A stretch of DNA of 7,056 bases from the IMG/VR virus record IMGVR_UViG_2693429562_000006. The stretch is one strand, 5' to 3'. Of this stretch, positions 7,026 through 7,056 are shown piece by piece. The notes below the pieces were generated by a model. It ran no database searches. It saw only the letters and a program-made list of their open reading frames with translations, and was not told where the DNA came from. The DNA comes from a virus. Taxonomy: Duplodnaviria > Heunggongvirae > Uroviricota > Caudoviricetes. The stretch's first letter is position 1; every line of letters starts with the position of its first letter. The position numbers and the translations under genes are program-made.

Positions 7026-7056
7026 GGTGATGCTGCCAACTTACTGATTTAGTGTA
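7026..7056 (+). mobile_element. IS1 left terminal inverted repeat (element continues beyond the window)
   Basis: ggtgatgctgccaacttactgatttagtgta matches the IS1 left end as I recall it (GGTGATGCTGCCAACTTACTGAT...). Only 31 bp are present. Confidence 0.7.

Overview
The window reads as the host-range end of a lambdoid prophage tail module, all on the + strand, interrupted by insertion sequences and an assembly gap. In order: the 3' part of the tail-tip gene J (open from base 1); the lom outer-membrane moron flanked by hairpin/T-run terminators; a diverged N-terminal fragment of a side tail fibre gene cut off by what looks like the left end of an IS21-family element (istA 5' fragment); an 11-base N run; a second, internally deleted copy of the lom 3' end with its terminator; an intact ~1027-aa side tail fibre gene (stf) whose stop overlaps the start of the tail fibre assembly gene tfa (TAATG); about 750 bp of AT-rich, ORF-poor DNA; and the left terminal repeat of IS1 at the window edge. 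I do not see a convincing novel multi-gene system such as a defence or toxin operon. The signals most worth a second look are the duplicated lom/stf junction around the IS and gap, the mosaic architecture of the tail fibre, and the AT-rich block after tfa, which holds a candidate small hydrophobic ORF with promoter-like hexamers. All homology statements are from reading the translations against remembered lambda proteins; no searches were run.
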